From positions 15,562,001 to 15,626,000 of the forward strand of contig CM069138.1 in the NCBI GenBank assembly GCA_035221665.1: a stretch of 64,000 bases of DNA. The letters are read 5' to 3'. Source of the stretch: Okamejei kenojei (taxonomy: Eukaryota). The position numbers and the translations under genes are program-made. Below are positions 62,315 through 64,000 of the stretch, piece by piece. The number at the start of each line of letters is the position of its first letter. The first letter of the stretch is position 1. The notes beneath the pieces are model-generated. The model saw only the letters and a program-made list of their open reading frames with translations, made no database searches and was not told the origin of the DNA.

Positions 62315-64000
62315 TAGTAAATTTAGTTTGCATGGCCTGAACATGTCGATCATGACCGTTATAGTTTATGTGGGTTCACGTGAATAGAATCATGAAAATG
62401 TATGGCATGGGGAAGCCGTTCAATCAGGCATTGCAAGATGCTACCCAAGCTAATCCTTCCATCCAGTTCTAGGTTCATAGTCTTGCGGTTCATGGCTCTT
62501 TAGCTATGCATTAAATAACTTTTTAACTGTGATGATGAGGCTTTCTGCCTCTACCTATCCTGGCAGTGAGTCTCATTTTTCTGGTAATTCTGGGTGGAGG
62601 GGGGGGGACATCCTCTTTCTCTCCTTCATTTCTGGTTTTGACCTTGTCTGGAGAAGTGTATTTTTTTATTTATTTGCCAATTACAGATTTATTGACAGCC
62701 CGTTTAAAACAGTTTTGTGAAAGAAAGCTATAAATATAAAGGCATTACATTACCAGATTAGAAATATGGAGTGTTTAAGTGAACACTGAAGCAGATCACC
62801 ATCACAGTACACTCAAGAATTACCTGCAGCATGTCAGTATCAGTCTAATTACACTGTTAATGCATACACACAGTGGCATTTTTAAGAAATGTGAAACACA
62901 GACCAAGTAGTAAGAACAAGGGTATTTGCAATATATGCAATATTTGTGGGGGGAACAGATCTTTTCTTCTATGTAGACTTTGCATACATCATTTTAATCT
63001 CTCTTTGCCTCTGTGGCAAAGAAAATAACCCAGCTCATCTATTCTATTGTTATAACTATAATTTTTCAGTCTTGGAAACATCTTGCAAAATCTTATCTAC
63101 TCCTTCCACAATGCCATCAATTTCTCATAAGGTGGTGACCAGAACTGCATGTGTCACGCGCTCTGCAGCTAATGGATGTCATAGTTCTGGCATAACCTAA
63201 ACTGTCTCATGTTCTGAACCTCAGCGAATAAATTAAACAATTTTAACTATCTTTAGGTGTAGTCTCTGTTCCCTTTGTTCTTCCACATTACACATTTTCT
63301 TTCAATTTATTGTTTCTCCCCTTGCTCATTGCACCTCACACTTTTCTAATCATTTCTCATGTGCTACCTTTCTCTCCCGCAACCGGACCATTTAAAGTAT
63401 ACTTTCCTCCTTGCCTGCAATTTCAATTTTTGTATTATTACATCTACTACATCTAGGTTTCATCAAAATGCTTGGCTCTGTGTAGAGAATACTGTGAACC
63501 CCCCTGATTGGTAATGGCCTTTCAAACCAAAACATCCTTCATCCATCTGTCTATATCTATTGTTCCCCTTTCCCCTGACTTTCAGTCCGAAGAAAGACCT
63601 TGACCCAAGACGTCACCTATTCATTTTTGCCAGAGATGCTGCCTGACCCACTGAGTTATTCCAGCTTTTTGTGCCTGTCTTCTGTTCCTCCCAGCATATG
63701 TAATCCATTGACATTTGCATTCTACCATTGAGGTTGTTTTGAATCTAACTTTCAATTTTTCCATGAATCCCAATGGCTTTTACGTTTTTAAGCAACCTGC
63801 CACAAAGAATATTCTTAATACCATTGCTGAAATCCAAGTAGACTACATCAAATCACAGGATTCCATGAATCCTCTTGTTGCCTCAAAAATAATGTTGTCA
63901 AATTAGTCACCTTTCTTTAACAAATCCATGCTGAAGCTACCTAATTAATCTGCTTGAGATTAATTGTATTGGGATTGAGAATCTAATGCCTAATTGGCAA

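Noticed and set aside
62687-62733. Possible RALGAPA2 exon 2 (TTACAG acceptor, reads DLLTARLKQFCE, echoing LKQFFE)
   Set aside because: Wrong spacing, in-frame stop after 15 codons and no YSQIYFIFYENF similarity; likely chance

Overview
Repeat-dense vertebrate genomic DNA. The repeat content (CR1/HER1-type LINEs, HE1/V-SINE-type tRNA SINEs, Penelope, Rex1/Babar, Vingi, L1, Tc1, Harbinger-type MITEs) points to a cartilaginous fish, probably a skate or ray; this is an inference. The only recognisable host gene is the 5' end of a Ral GTPase-activating protein catalytic alpha subunit, best matching RALGAPA2. It has a CpG-island promoter at ~19740-20134 and first coding exon 20135-20240 (+), followed by an intron that runs past the window end (>43 kb). 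Most ORFs in the track are transposon fragments or spurious. Main observations: (1) a ~140-bp Vingi-tailed mini-retroelement whose 5' end folds into a complete 54-nt HDV-like ribozyme (19549->19496, minus strand), ~240 bp upstream of the promoter CRE and oriented so divergent transcription would read it; (2) many Penelope terminal-repeat copies with minimal hammerhead-ribozyme cores, often as inverted pairs; (3) a 431-bp MITE with 6-bp TSD carrying a promoter-like cassette (4x CRE, E-boxes, GC boxes, NRF1- and YY1-like motifs) in intron 1. Repeat boundaries were read by eye and are approximate unless TSD/TIR coordinates are given.
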